Shown here: in pieces, positions 1 to 12,395 of the stretch
Layout: each line of letters opens with the position of its first letter
Numbering within the stretch: the first letter of the stretch is position 1
Assembly (NCBI RefSeq): GCF_963921235.1
Contig: NC_086097.1
Span: forward strand, 82,462,001 to 82,526,000
Length of the DNA stretch: 64,000 nucleotides
From: Mobula hypostoma
Taxonomy: Eukaryota
Direction: 5' to 3'
The notes under the pieces: model-generated
The model's input: the letters and a program-made list of their open reading frames with translations, nothing else
What the model was told of the DNA's origin: nothing
Database searches by the model: none
Position numbers and translations under genes: made by a program

Positions 1-454
1 AGAAATGTAATACATCCCATGATTTTCAAAGGGTTTTGCAGTAATGTGGTATTGAAAAGAGAAGCAGGTGATTAGGGATATGATGAATGAAATTGCAAAG
101 AGGAATGTTATCTGAACGTTTAGACCATTCAATCTGTCAACAGTAAACTGTAGTAAAAGGGTGTATTTGATCCAGCACCTGAGATATTTTTCTTCTGTAT
201 ATGTTGTAGGTGTAGTTTTCCTCCTTTTTAAGGTACAGATCTGAACTTCAGCATTTAAAATTTTACTTTTTTAGATCTTTATGCTCACGTTGCTTTTAAT
301 AGTACTTTGACCAAACTGTAATTGAGATGACCAGGATGGAATGTCAATTAACACTGAAAGACATTAGATGTACAAGATAAATTATTTGTAAAAGTACCAG
401 CAGTGAAACATCTGGGCTTCAGCACAAGATACCATCATAGGGAGTAACACAGGC

Positions 455-582
455 TGTTTAAGAGACTACTAGACAGGTATATGGAGGAATCTAAGGTGGG
501 GGCTTATATGGGAGGCAGGGTTTGAGGGTCAGCACAACATTGTGGGCCGAAGGGCCTGTACTGTGCTGTACTATTCTATGTT
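455..582 (+). mobile_element. CR1 LINE 3' end fragment
   Basis: Ends in ggtcagcacaacattgtgggccgaagggcctgtactgtgctgtactattctatgtt, the same tail type as the CR1 RT copy ending at 7470. Confidence 0.75.
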
Positions 583-928
583 AAATTCCTGGACTTTGTC
601 TCCACTCTTCACCTAAAACTATTGATTGTTTCTTATTTGGATTACATAGTGTGCACCTGAACCCAATATTGTTTTCAAGTGTTTATTCATAGTCCTCACT
701 TTATGGCAGGCATTACTAACTGATTATCAAGAATACAAACCTGGTTATTTCATCAGGTTCTCAGCAACCCCAAAACCTCAATTGGATTATTTGCATCAAC
801 TGTTCTTTTTGATCTATGGAAGGGAACATGGGGCCAGCAAGCAAAATAAAGGAGACACATTAATGTTTTCTAGTGACTTATGATATCTAGAAAATATTTT
901 CAAGTTGCCACTTCATTAGTTACCTCCA

Positions 929-1392
929 TGGTCTTCTGCAGCTGTAGCCCACCTACTTCAAGGTTTGACATATTGTGCATTCAGAGATGCTCTTCTGTAC
1001 ACCACTGCTGTAATGCACAGTTATTTGAATTACTGTTCCCTTCCTGTCAGCTTGAACGAGTCTAGCCAAGCTCCTTTGACCTTTCTCATTAATAAGGCAT
1101 TTTCACACACACAGCTGCCATTCATTGGATGTTTTTGTTTTGTTTTTTGCACCATTCTCTGTAAACTCTAGAGCCTGCTGTGTGTGGAAATTCCAGGAGG
1201 TCAACAGTTTCTGAGACACTCAAACACTCCATCTGGTACCAACAGTCACTCAATGTTCAAAGTCACTGAATCAATTTTTCTTTATTCTGATGTTCAGTCC
1301 GAACAACTGAACTTCTTGACGATGTCCACATGCTATTGTGCAAATCAAATCAGCCAAATTAGGTATACCTAATAAAGAGGCCACTGAATGTA
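929..1392 (-). mobile_element. Tc1-like DNA transposon remnant (5' TIR and decayed transposase N-terminus)
   Basis: TIR-like aggtatacctaataaagaggccactgaatg at 1361-1390 followed by TA; minus-strand translation near 930-990 gives SISECTICQTLK*VGYSCRRP, resembling the Tc1 HTH region. Confidence 0.7.
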
Positions 1393-2249
1393 CATCTACT
1401 TCCTCTGATAACACATATGATTACAACAGATGAGGCTGACATAAGTGCAAAATTGTTTGGCATTTCAACAATAAATTGCAGTGAATGTGACAATTCAGTG
1501 CATGAGTCACCTGCAGAAATTCTATTGTTATAATAAGAAGCATGTCCAGCCTAGTTAGAGCCTTCAACAGGTTGTCCTTTATCATGGAACACCAATAACT
1601 TTTAATTAATGCCTTTAATATACAACAGCATTTTTTGCATAATGCGCAGTGGTGGCAAAGTGCTATTAAAAGAAATAAAACTACTTTATTCTAAGTGGCT
1701 CTGAATCTCCCTTTCCCCATTCTCCATTACAGCCTGGGAAAAGATGCAACAATGTAAGTAGCTTTGGGAGATAAAGATAAAAGAGTAAATAACTTCTGAA
1801 ACAGAACAGGAGTTTTTCAAAACAACATACAACAGTAAGTTCACTCATTCCAAAGCATGTGAATGGCATTGACTCAAATACATTTTCAGATCTACCTATA
1901 AGAGTTTATAAACTGACTTGTGCCTTCTGTAATACTGCATCAACCTTGTTTTACTCCTGCTCACAAATTGAGTAGTGCAGATTTGGTTCAGCAGAATTGA
2001 TACCTGATGAATTTCTAAGGTAAATACAGTAATAATGATTGTGTAGGTTATAAATCAAATCCTCTGTTATTCACTTCCTCCTGCTTCCTCCCCAAAGCTA
2101 GACCATTACATTCTGACAGGTAAAAATTCTCCACTGTCCTGATTTATTTCTCTTCATTACTATTATATCCAAACTACAACCACACCTTTAGCATGTGAAG
2201 CTCGTTGATCTACTAACTATTGAAGCAGCAGTATTCATGAATGTCATTA

Positions 2250-3002
2250 ATTGGATCAGAGTGGCTGGGCCTGGGGCCGAGAATGAAAAACAAACCAATG
2301 TTAGGCCGATTTAAGTGCCAAACCAGTTTAAAAGGATCAAGGCATCAAGGCCGTGGGCAAAGGACAAACTGGTGTTCAGCTCACTCATCTGCAGGGTTTA
2401 CGTCCCTCAGCAGCTGTGGCCTGCAACCATCAGCACTGAACTGACACTGGGCCTGTGGCCTGCAGCCATCGGGCTTCAGCACCAGCTTCAATCACGTCAG
2501 CACTGAACTGACTCTGGGCCTGTGGCCTGCAGCCATCGGGCTCCTGGACCAGCTTCCCTCACCTCAGCACTGAACTGACTCTGGCCCTGTGGCCTGTAGC
2601 CGTCGGGCTCCTGGACCGGCTTCACTTGTGTCAGCACTGAACTGACACTGGGCCTGTGGCCTCAGCACCAGCTTCAATCACGTCAGCACTGAACTGACTC
2701 TGGCCCTGTGGCCTGCAGCCGTCAGGCTCCTGGACTGGCTTCACTCGTGTCAGCACTGAACTGGTTGTGGATTCACTTTCGGGGACTCTCCGGTTCATGT
2801 TCTGTGTGTTATTTATTGTTTGCACGATTTGTTGTTTTTTCCCAACATTTGGTGTTTGATGGTCTTGGTTGTGTGTGTGTATTTTTAATGGGTTCTATTG
2901 TGTTTCTTTGTTTTGTGGCTGCCTGCAAGAAGATGAATCTCAAAGTTGTATACTATAGTATACAAACACTGATAATAAATGTACTTTCTATCTGAACTTT
3001 GG
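2250..3002 (+). mobile_element. Non-autonomous retroelement with internal 67-bp tandem array and LINE-type tail
   Basis: tcagcactgaactg recurs at 2430, 2497, 2564, 2631, 2683 and 2750; the 3' end (aagaagatgaatctcaaagttgtata...aataaa...tgaactttg) resembles the Rex-like tails ending at 4230 and 36940; related minus copy at 63370-63790. Confidence 0.6.
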
Positions 3003-3645
3003 ACTTGTCTTTATGCAGTCCATACTGCACTCCTCTCCTTCTTTTCATTAAAGATCTTAATCAGGTTTGTCAAAGGAAATTTGCCTTTATTATGACTGTC
3101 ACTTACTGACATGTCCTCCCAGCGATGATTAACTTAGTCCCAGACTGCAGATGTCACCATTGTCACTTTTGATTACTTGCCCACAATTCAGGATTTCCCA
3201 CTCTCAGCAGCAGCTAGACCGGTTACCAGAGATTTGAGTATAAGGTTGATTTTTGTGTCCTGATCATGGTTATTTCTTTCCGTATAAAATGAGCTTGAGT
3301 TGTAGTTAGCACTGAATTTCATGCGTTGTCACAGATTAACACTCAACAAAATTTGTTTTCCCACATAGTGAATCATTTTTGTTCCAGCTGGTTTGACACC
3401 TTGTGCAGATAGACAAAGAATAAAGTATTATTTATCATGAAGGGTTCTGGTTAAGTTATAATTATGAGCTGGTTGTGAGTCTGTTACATCAACTCTTTGA
3501 CATAAAGATGATGTTTCCTCCTTCCTCTCTGAATACACTTTCAATAAAATGATAGTTCCATACTAGAATTAAAGGAAAGGTTAGTTAGAATTTACTTATC
3601 TCTGAAGCAGAAGGCTGTGAAATTAATTCCTGCTGCACAGTCACA

Positions 3646-4230
3646 ATCAGAATCAGGTTTAATATCACTGGCATATGTTGGTAAATTTGTGAACTTTGTG
3701 GCAGCAGTACAATGCAATACATGATAGTAGAGAGACAAAGAAAACTGAATTACAGTAAATATATATATATATATATAACATTGTTAAGTAATGCAAAGAA
3801 ATAGGAAATTAAAAAAGTAGTGAGGTAGTGTTCATGGGTTCAATGTCCATTCAGAAATTGGATGGTGGAGGGGAAGAAGCTGTTCCTGAACCGTTGTGTG
3901 TGTGCCACAATGATTTGAACATAGCAATTTCATTCAACTTCACTCGCCCCATCACTGAACTGTTCCCACAACCTACGGACTCACCTTCAAGGACTCTTCA
4001 TCTCATGTTCTCTATTTATTGCCTATTTATTTACTATTTTATTCTTTTTGTATTTGCACTGTTTGCTGTCTTTTGCACACTGGTTGAACTCCCAAGTTGG
4101 TGTGGTACGGTATTTCATTGATTCTGTTATGGTTATTATTCTATGGATTTATTGAGTGTGCCCTTAAGAAAATAAATCTGAAGGTGATATATGTACTTTG
4201 ATAATAAACTTACTTTGAACTTTGAACTTT
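3646..4230. mobile_element. Two divergent Rex1/Babar-like LINE 3' end fragments (about 3646-3905 minus, about 3920-4230 plus)
   Basis: aatcagaatcaggtttaatatc tail on minus; aataaacttactttgaactttgaac tail on plus, homologous to 36650-36940. Confidence 0.55.
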
Positions 4231-4451
4231 TGTAATGATACTACAATGCAGCAATGAATGAAATGAAACCTTGCCTGCTCTCTAAGCTGGATGTAAGAAT
4301 TCCATGCAGCACTTTAAAAACAATCAGTGAACCATCCCAGTACCCTCTGCACCTCTGCACCAATAGCAAATGCATTGCTGTTTGTGGGGGCTTGCTGAAT
4401 CTGTGCAATATTGCTTAGAGTGGTTCTCAAAAAAGAAGGGGATTGAATTGA

Positions 4452-4652
4452 AAACAACAGGAATTCTGCAGATGCTGGAAATTCAAGCAACACACATAAA
4501 AGTTGCTGGTGAACGCAGCAGGCCAGGCAGCATCTCTAGGAAGAGATGCAGTCGACGTTTCAGGCCGACACCCTTCGTCAGGACTAACAGACGAAGGGTC
4601 TCGGCCTGAAACGTCGACTGCACCTCTTCCTAGAGATGCTGCCTGGCCTGCT
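4452..4652. mobile_element. Miniature fold-back Penelope-like insertion
   Basis: 64-bp inverted arms 4516-4579 and 4590-4653 (2 mismatches); 14-bp TSD ggggattgaattga at 4438-4451 and 4653-4666; sequence matches the 3' terminus of the GIY-YIG PLE at 48714-50792. Confidence 0.85.
4550..4585 (-). ncRNA. Minimal hammerhead ribozyme motif (PLE type)
   Basis: agtc-CTGACGA-agggtgtcggcct-GAAACGTC-gact on the minus strand. Confidence 0.65.
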
Positions 4653-4656
4653 GGGG

Positions 4657-5388
4657 ATTGAATTGAATTGACTTTATTACTTACATCCTTCATATACATG
4701 AGGAGTAAAAATCTTAACGTTACATCTCCGTCTAAATGTGCAATATGTAATTTATAGTAATTTATAATAAATAGTATGTACAACAGGATAGTCAATATAA
4801 CATAGAAATACAGTTGTGTCACCATGAGTTATTCAGTCTGATGACCTGGTGGAAGGAGCTGTCCTGGAGCCTGTTGGTCCTGGCTTTTATGCTGCGATAT
4901 CATTTCCCGGATGGTAACAGCTGGAACATTTTGTGGTTGGGGTGACTCGTGTCCCCAGTGATCCTTCGGGCCCCTTTTACACACCTGTCTTTGTAAATGT
5001 CCTGAATAGTAGGAAGTTCACATCTACAGATGTGCTGGGCTGTCAGCACCACTCTCTGCAGAGTCCTGTGATTAAGGGAGGTACAGTTCCCATACCAGGC
5101 AGTGATGCAGCCAGTCAGGATGCTCTCAATTGTGCCCCTATAGAAAGTTCTTAGGATTTGATGGCCCACACCAAACTTCTTCAACAGTCTGAGGTGAAAG
5201 AGGTGCTGTTGTGCCTTTTTCACCACACAGCTGATATGTACAGACCATGTGAGATCCTTGGTGATGTTTATGCCAAGAAACTTAAAGCTGTTCATCCTCT
5301 CAACCCCAGATCCATTGATGTCGATGGGGGCTAGCCTGTCTCCATTCCTCCTTAGTCCACAACCAACTCCTTTGTTTTTGCGACATTT
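4657..5388 (-). mobile_element. Rex1/Babar-like LINE, 5'-truncated
   Basis: ORF 4900-5295 (FKFLGINITKDLTWS...KKAQQHLFHLRLLKK...IESILTGCITAWYGN) is the RT C-terminus; (TCAAT)n tail at 4657-4671; same family as 33501-34293. Confidence 0.8.
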
Positions 5389-5469
5389 GCAGAAGTGAAA
5401 CTGACAATTGTAAGTTGTCTTTCAGTCCCTTACAAAGTGGTTTCTGGACAATTAAATAATATGGAAACA

Positions 5470-6075
5470 GAGCAGTATTTCCAGTGGCTATTAGGGGGTC
5501 TGTAGAACAATCCCATCAGTGTGATTCCACCCATCCTATTCGTGAGTTCCACCCAAATGGACTCAGTGTCTGATTTCTCCAATACGTCTCCCCTAAGTGC
5601 AGCTGTGATATTGTGGCTGATTAGTAGTGTAAGCCAACCCTTCCCCCCACGTCCCACCTCTTTTATCTCCTCTTCTATCTTTTCTATAACTTCAAAACCT
5701 GGTACATTAATCACCCATTCCTGCCACTCTCTCAACCAAGTATCAGTAATGGCCACAACATCATTTTTCCAAGTATTGATCCATGCTCTAAGTTTATCAT
5801 CCTTACCCATGATACTCTTAGCATCAAAATATACACGCTTCAAACTATCCAACCCAACCTATTCCCTTATTGACTTGAAGTTCCAGTTCCCTGCCTCCTA
5901 TAAAACTAGTTTAAACCCTCCCAAGTAGCATCAGCAAATCACCCGGCCAGGATGTTGGTTCCCCTCTGGTTCGGGTGTAACCTGTCCCTCTTGTATAAGT
6001 CACCCCCTCCCAGGAGAAAGTTCCAATGATCCAAGAACTTGAAACCCTGTCCCCTGCGCCATCTCTTCGGCCACT
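5470..6075 (-). mobile_element. CR1 LINE fragment (ORF1 end and APE endonuclease start)
   Basis: ORF 5430-5852 contains DVVAITDTWL, ESIWVEL and YRPPNS motifs. Confidence 0.8.
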
Positions 6076-6084
6076 CAATTTATA

Positions 6085-7470
6085 GCAATTTAGGAAGAGA
6101 ACAAGGATAAGTCCTGGGAACTATAGACCAGTGAGTCTCATGTCAGTTGTAGGGATATTGCTGAAGAAAATCCTTAAGGATAGGATATACGAGCATTTGG
6201 AAACCTGTGGCCTAATTAGGGATAGTAAGCATGGCTTTCTGTGGGGCAGGTCGTGTCTCACTAACTTGATTGAGTTTTTTGACGAGAGAGATTGATGAAA
6301 GTAGGGCAGTGGATGTTGTCTACATGTAAGGCATTTGACGTGGGAAGATGAGATCTGCGGTGAATTGGCTGTTTGGATCTAGAACTGGCTTGTGCATAGA
6401 AGACAGAGCATAGAGGTTGAAGGTACTTATTCGAGTTCAAGTAGTGTAATTAGTGTTGTTCTGCAGGGACCTCTGTTGTTTGTGATGTATATAAATGACC
6501 TGAATGAAAATGTAGGTGAGAAGGTTAGTAATTTTATGGATGATACCAAGATTGGGGGAGTTGTAGCTAGTGTAGAAAACTGGCAAAGAATACAGCACAA
6601 TATCAATCAGTTGCTGATATGGGCAGAGAAATGGCAGATGGAGTTTAACCCAGATAATATGAGGTGTTGCACCTTGGTAGGGCAAATACAAAGAGATCAG
6701 TATGCTGTTAAAGGCAGGATCCTTAACAGTGTTACTGAGCAGAGAGATCTTGGGATCCAAATTTATAGCTCCTTGAAATCACCTACACAGGTTGATAAGG
6801 TGGTTAAGAAGGCTTATGGAAGACTTGCTTTGACTAGTCGAGACATTGAGTTGAAAAGTTAAGAGGTTATGTTGCAACTTCATAAAACTCTGGTTGGGCC
6901 ACATCTGGAGTATTGCATACAGTTCCGGTTGCTCCACTCTAGGAAGGATGTTGAGGCTTTGGAGAGGGTGCAGAAGAAGTTTGCCGGGATGCTACTTGGT
7001 TCAGAGGACATGTGCTATCTCGAGAGGCTGGATAAGCTTGAGATGTTTTCTCTGGAGTGCCAGAGGGCTGAGGGGAGATGTGATAGAGGTCTACTAGATA
7101 ATGAGAGGCATGGATAGAGTGGACAGAGAGTATCTGGGTTTCCCATGGTTGAAATGCCTAATACCGGGGGAGGGGGATGCATTGAAGGTGAGAGGGAGTA
7201 GGTTCAAAGGGGATGTAAGAGATAAGTTTTTTACTCAGAGTCACGGAAGCCCCGAATACCCTGCCTGGTACAGTGATAGAGGCACGTACATCAGAAGCTT
7301 TTGAGAGATGCTTGGATAGGCACATAGATGTAAGGAAGATGGAGGGATATGAACCTGGTGTAGTTAGGAATGATTAATGTTTGGGTGTTTTTGATTTGCG
7401 TTTTAGCTGGTTCGGCACAACATTGTGGGCCGAATGGCCTGTTCCTGTACTGTACTGTTCTATGTTCTAT
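6085..7470 (+). mobile_element. CR1 LINE, decayed RT and 3' UTR
   Basis: NYRPVSL, GPLLFVMYINDL, FMDDTKIGG, WAEKWQMEFN and PHLEYC motifs in broken ORFs; (TTCTATG)n tail. Confidence 0.9.
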
Positions 7471-7865
7471 GAGGTATGTAGGTACGAGTTCAGTGGGGTA
7501 GGAGCAGACAAAAACAATAGGTCTCCCTCAGTAGTAGTTTTGTGGATCTTGGGTAGGAGGTAGAAACAGGAGCTGAGGGTTAAGGGAACTATGAGATTGG
7601 TGGCGGTGGATTGGAGATCCCCAGAGTCGATGAGCTTGGTGCTGGTATGGGAGACAATGGCCTGTTGCTCCTTAGTGGGGTCCTGTTCGAGGGGTCAGTA
7701 AGAGGAGGTGGCTGACAGTTATCGCCTGTCCCCAGCAAGGTAGAGGTCAGTCCACCGGACTACTACAGAACCCCCTTATCTGTGGGTTTGATGGTGAGAT
7801 TAGGATTAGTGCAGAGAGCAGCACATTCAGAGGGAGTAAGGTTTGAATTGGAGAGAGGAGTGGTA
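7471..7865 (-). mobile_element. Penelope-like element RT N-terminal fragment (decayed)
   Basis: Minus-strand translation gives NPNLTIKPTDKGGSVVV and FYLLPKIHK...GRPIV, typical PLE RT motifs, with internal stops. Confidence 0.75.
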
Positions 7866-7879
7866 AACTCAAGACGGTT

Positions 7880-8810
7880 GATGTAGTGAAAAAAGAGAGA
7901 GAAAAAGGAAAAAAATTACTGAGGTAGCATTCATAGTTTCATTGTCCATTTGGAAATCTGATGGTGGACATCGCCTTCTGAAGATACATTGAAGGCTAGT
8001 GCTCAGGATGGAGCTGGCTGAGTTTACAACTTTCTGCAGTGTTTTCCGATGCCGTGCCGTGGCCCCTCCATAACTGACAGTGGCACAACCAGTTAGAATG
8101 CTCTCCATGGTACATCTGTAGAAATTTGTGAAAGTCTTTGGTGACTTATCGATTGTCATCAAACTCCTAATGAAATATAGCTGCTGTCATTCCTTCTTGT
8201 AAATACATCATTAAGTTGGACCCAGGAGAGATCCTCAGAGATATTGACACCCAGGAACTTGAAACTGCTCTCTCTTTTCACTGCTGATGAGGGCTGGTGT
8301 GTATTCCCTCAACTTTCCCTTCCTGAAGTCTTTGGTCTTACTGATGTTGAGTGCCAGTTTGTTATTGTGACACTACTCAACTAGCTGATCTATCTCACTC
8401 CTGTACGCCTCTTCATCATAATCTGAAATTCTGCCAACAACAGCTGTGTCATTGGCAAATTTATAGATGGCATTCAAGCTGTTCCTAACCATAGAATCAT
8501 GGGTGTACAGAGTACAGCAGTTTGCTATGCACGCATCCTTGAGGTGCACCAGTGTTGATAGTTAGCGAGGGGAAATTATTTCCAGTCCTTACTGACTGTC
8601 AAGGAAATCAAGGATCCAGTTGCAGAGGGAGGCTTGTTGATTCGAACTGAGAGTATGATGGTGTTGAATGCTAAATTGTAATCAATAAACATCAGCCTGA
8701 TGTAGGTGTTGCTGTTGTCCGAGGCCAAGTGGAGGGTCAGTGATATTGAATCCACTGTAGACCTATTGTGGTGATAGACTGCAGCAGGTCCAGGTCCTTG
8801 ATGTAAGAGC
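7880..8810 (-). mobile_element. Decayed Rex1/Babar-like LINE
   Basis: ORF pieces YHHNRSTVDSIS...IRLMFIDYNLAFNTI and FYRCTMESILTGC. Confidence 0.7.
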
Positions 8811-9530
8811 AATAACATTCTACAGGAGAGCAGGAGGGAAAAATGGGCACGAGGGGGTTATAATCCACTTTTCTCAGGCAAAGTATCTTTCGAAGAGCAA
8901 GTTGATGAAAAAGTATATCATATAAAAAACTAGCTTGGGATTAAGAGTTTAAAGAGTTTACATAAAGATCATATACAGGGAAGGCACAACTATTATTTTG
9001 GTCTGCATCTTCTTTGTAAAACATGTTAGAGACACATTAATTCTTCTTTTGTGGCAGCAGAGAAGGGGATAAAAATTAGTCAAAACTTCACATCTATACA
9101 TTGCTCAAGCATGATTTTAAGCCTTTTAAATATTGTGCTAATGATACAGCACATCAAGTTTTTTTAGACTACTTACAGGGTCAAAGAAGGGGAAGAATAC
9201 ATTAACCCAATGTTGGTCCTTCACAGGTTTATTCTGATCATCAGCAGCTGTAACATGGCACCCTGTGCTGTGTTTATAGGTTTACTGGCATGAATATTAA
9301 TACCTCTAGACAATAGGTGCCAAGGTTTGTTTCAAATTCATTTATAATTCATATCCTTTTCTCTTTCAGATGAGCCAGTTGAATGATCATGCTGTCATTG
9401 ATATCTCTTGACAATGAGTTGAGATCTGAGTGTGGAGGGATGAGATTAAATTTCTTGATAGATTTTCAGAGTTTTCATCAAATTGATCTGCACGTAACAC
9501 ATATATATATACTTAGTTACATATCAGAGG

Positions 9531-9725
9531 GGCAACACACAAAGATGCTGGATAAACTCAGCAGGTCAGGCAACATCTAAGGAGAGAAATGGACAGTCAT
9601 CCCTCCAGTGTTTGTGTTGCCGAGTTTTCCAGAGTTTTTGTGGGAAACATCATCTGTCCATTTCTGTTCATAGGTACTGCCAGGTAGCTGAGTTCCTCCA
9701 GGACTCCAGCATCTGTAGCCTCTTG
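9531..9725. mobile_element. Old fold-back PLE-tail-derived element
   Basis: Inverted arms (ctcagcaggtcaggcaacatctaaggagagaaatggacag vs ctgtccatttctgttcataggtactgccaggtagctgag); imperfect TSD tag(t/c)tacatatcag(a/g)gg at 9514-9530 and 9726-9742. Confidence 0.6.
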
Positions 9726-10529
9726 TAGCTACATATCAGGGGAGGTCACTGATCTTTTAACAATTCATTCACACGATGCTGGTGTTAATGGAAAGGCAAA
9801 CATTTGTTTACCATCTCCAAATGTTCTTATACTGAATGGTTTGCTGGGGTATTTCAGGGGTCTGTTGACCACAGCTCAATCAGTCTGGAATCATGTATTG
9901 GTCAAGGAATATAAAGACAATAGGTTTCTGTCCCCCCCACCCTCCCGAGTAAACCAGACAGATTGTTGCACTGATCTGAGAAATTCATAATCATCATTGT
10001 AATTAAAATGTTACTCATTCAGAGAGTTTGCAAATCTTTGCAAATTCTCTGCTCCAGAGAGCTGTGGATGCTCAGTCACTGAGAATATCCAGGACTGAGA
10101 TTATTGGTGATGAAGGGTTGGACGTGATTCAGGAACCATGTGAGCTATGTCTGTTTCCTTATCTCCTGTTCTGAACACTGATGCTAGTTCCTTCAGCCCA
10201 GATGTAGATCATGAATTTAAACTCAGCATCAGGAGTAGTGAGAATTGAACTTGTGTCACAAGATTATTGATTCAGAACGACCAGCTACTATCCCAGCAAT
10301 AAGCATTCTGTTGCCATACCCCTAAATTACTTCTAAATTGTAGAAAACCCAGTGTAATTCAGGCATCTCAGTCAATGCTTTCAGATTCTTGATGAGGGTA
10401 TTCAGTTAGTGCACGCTGACTACAGTAGCTCAGTTGCTGGAAATCTAAACCATTTTCTCTCATCATCTCTCAGTTTTGTTGACCTGTATAAACAACTGGA
10501 ATCAGCCTAATGTGTGATCAAGCTCGTCA

Positions 10530-10805
10530 AGGTAGCATAGTGGTTGATGCAACACCGTCATTGCTCAGGGCGTCCCGGAGTTCAGAGTTCATTTCCAGCT
10601 CTGTTCTGTGAGGAGTCTCTGTACATCCTCCCTGTGGATCACGTGGGTTTTCCCCGGGTGCTCTGGTTTCCTCCCAAAGTCTGGAGTCATACCGGGTAGA
10701 TTAATTGGTCATTGTAAATTGTCTCATGATTAGGTTGGGGTTAATCGGGGTTGTGGAGCTGCTGGAAGGGCCATCTCCACACAGTATCACTAAATGAATA
10801 AATAA
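10530..10805 (+). mobile_element. tRNA-derived V-SINE
   Basis: A-box-like head, V-domain gtgggtttcccc gggtgctctggtttcctcccaaag, (AAAT)n-like tail. Confidence 0.75.
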
Positions 10806-11088
10806 GTTCCCACAAACTTGTCCTTTTGGGATTGAGCGCCATGTGGGGCAGTGAATGACAGGTGCTTGAATGTAAACTGAATTGACTGCAGTGTATTGTT
10901 AAAGTTCAAGTTACAAGTTATTGTCGAAAAACAATCTCACATTGTACAGATCATGCTAGCCATGAAAAGTTCAGATTTTGTGGCATTTGAAATGCTAGAT
11001 TACTTTATCTCCAAACCTTCACAGAAAACTAACAGAATCAGATCAACACCACCATTTTGTTGCCAAAAGATATTTCATATCCCATCTA

Positions 11089-11889
11089 AGTTGCTGGTGA
11101 ACGCAGCAGGCCAGGCAGCATCTCTAGGAAGAGGTACAGTCGACGTTTCAGGCTGAGACCCTTCGTCAGGACTAACTGAAGGAAGAGTTAGTAAGAGATT
11201 TGAAAGTGGGAGGGGGAGGGGGTGATCCAAAATGATAGGAGAAGACAGGAGGAGGAGGGATGGAGCCAAGAGCTGGACGGGTGATTGGCAAAGGGGATAT
11301 GAGAGGATCATGGGACAGGAGGCCCAGGGAGAAAGACAGGGGGGGGAACCCAGAGGATGGGCAAGGGGTATAGTCAGAGGGACAGAAGGAGAAAAAGGAC
11401 AGTGACAGAAAGAATGTGTGTATAAAAATAAATAACGGATGGGGTACGGGAGGAGGTGGGGCATAGCGGAAGTTTGAGAAGTCAATGTTCATGCCATCAG
11501 GTTGGAGGCTACCCAGACAGAATATAAGGTGTTGTTCTTCCAACCTGAGTGTGGCTTCATCTTTACAGTAGAGAAGACCGTGGATAGATATGTCAGAATA
11601 GGAATGGGATGTGGAGTTAAAGTGTGCGGCCACTGGGAGATCCTGCTTTCTCTGGCGGACAGAGCGTAGGTGTTCAGCAAAGTGGTCTCCCAGTCTGTGT
11701 CGGGTCTCACCAATATATAGAAGGCCACATCGGGAGCACCGGACGCAGTATATCACCCCAGCTGACTCACAGTTGAAGTGTCGCCTCACCTGGAAGGACT
11801 GTCTGGGGCCCTGAATGGTGGTAAGGGAGGAAGTGTAAGGGCATGTGTAGCACTTGTTCTGCTTACAAGAATAAGTGCCAGGAGGGACT
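11089..11889 (-). mobile_element. Penelope-like element 3' portion (GIY-YIG, 3' UTR, hammerhead)
   Basis: ORF with GVIYCVRCSRCGLLYIGET; hammerhead motif at 11138-11173; 11-bp TSD tatcccatcta at 11078-11088 and 11890-11900. Confidence 0.9.
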
Positions 11890-12395
11890 TATCCCATCTA
11901 TTGGAATGGATTTGTTTTGATTACATGGTCTACCCTAAAACTACCCGGAAGACCACTTTCACCATCACCCTGAGCCAAGTTATGTCACAAACAAAAATAA
12001 GCTTCCTTCAGCATTTCAAGCCAGATTTGAAAGGATTGTTAAAAGGCCATTGAAGAGTTGGCTTCACTGCTGTCATGACAGAAAGGCCAAACCATTTAAG
12101 ATTTCTTTTGAGAAAAGATATGACAAACAATCATGAATCTTGAATGAGTGATACTGATGGACTATTGATATCCAAGTTGCTTTTGCTACTATTGAAGGTT
12201 TCAGCATTGCCTTTTCTTTGATCTATTGAATTCAGTTATTCTAATTCCCCAGTCGTCATGACGGGATTTCAGTGTGTTTCAAACCATAGGTCAAAGGCTT
12301 CGGATTATCTCTCCCAGTAGTGAGGACAATGACAAATAGCATGTTGCCCTCAGAGTTTATTTTTGAATTTATGGTTTTCAAAACTATGTTATTCA

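Noticed and set aside
2400..2765. CRISPR-like regular spacing of a 14-bp motif
   Set aside because: The intervening sequences are homologous to each other (minisatellite), there are no cas genes, and the context is eukaryotic
9770..10320. Very old SINE/LINE-tail-like sequence (similar at about 12130-12330)
   Set aside because: Too decayed to bound or classify by eye
10530..10600. tRNA genes at SINE heads
   Set aside because: Degenerate A/B-box heads of V-SINEs with no complete cloverleaf
11172..11465. Pro-rich C-terminal extension of the GIY-YIG ORF
   Set aside because: Read-through into the 3' UTR after a 1-nt loss at the stop; other copies end at FSNFR*
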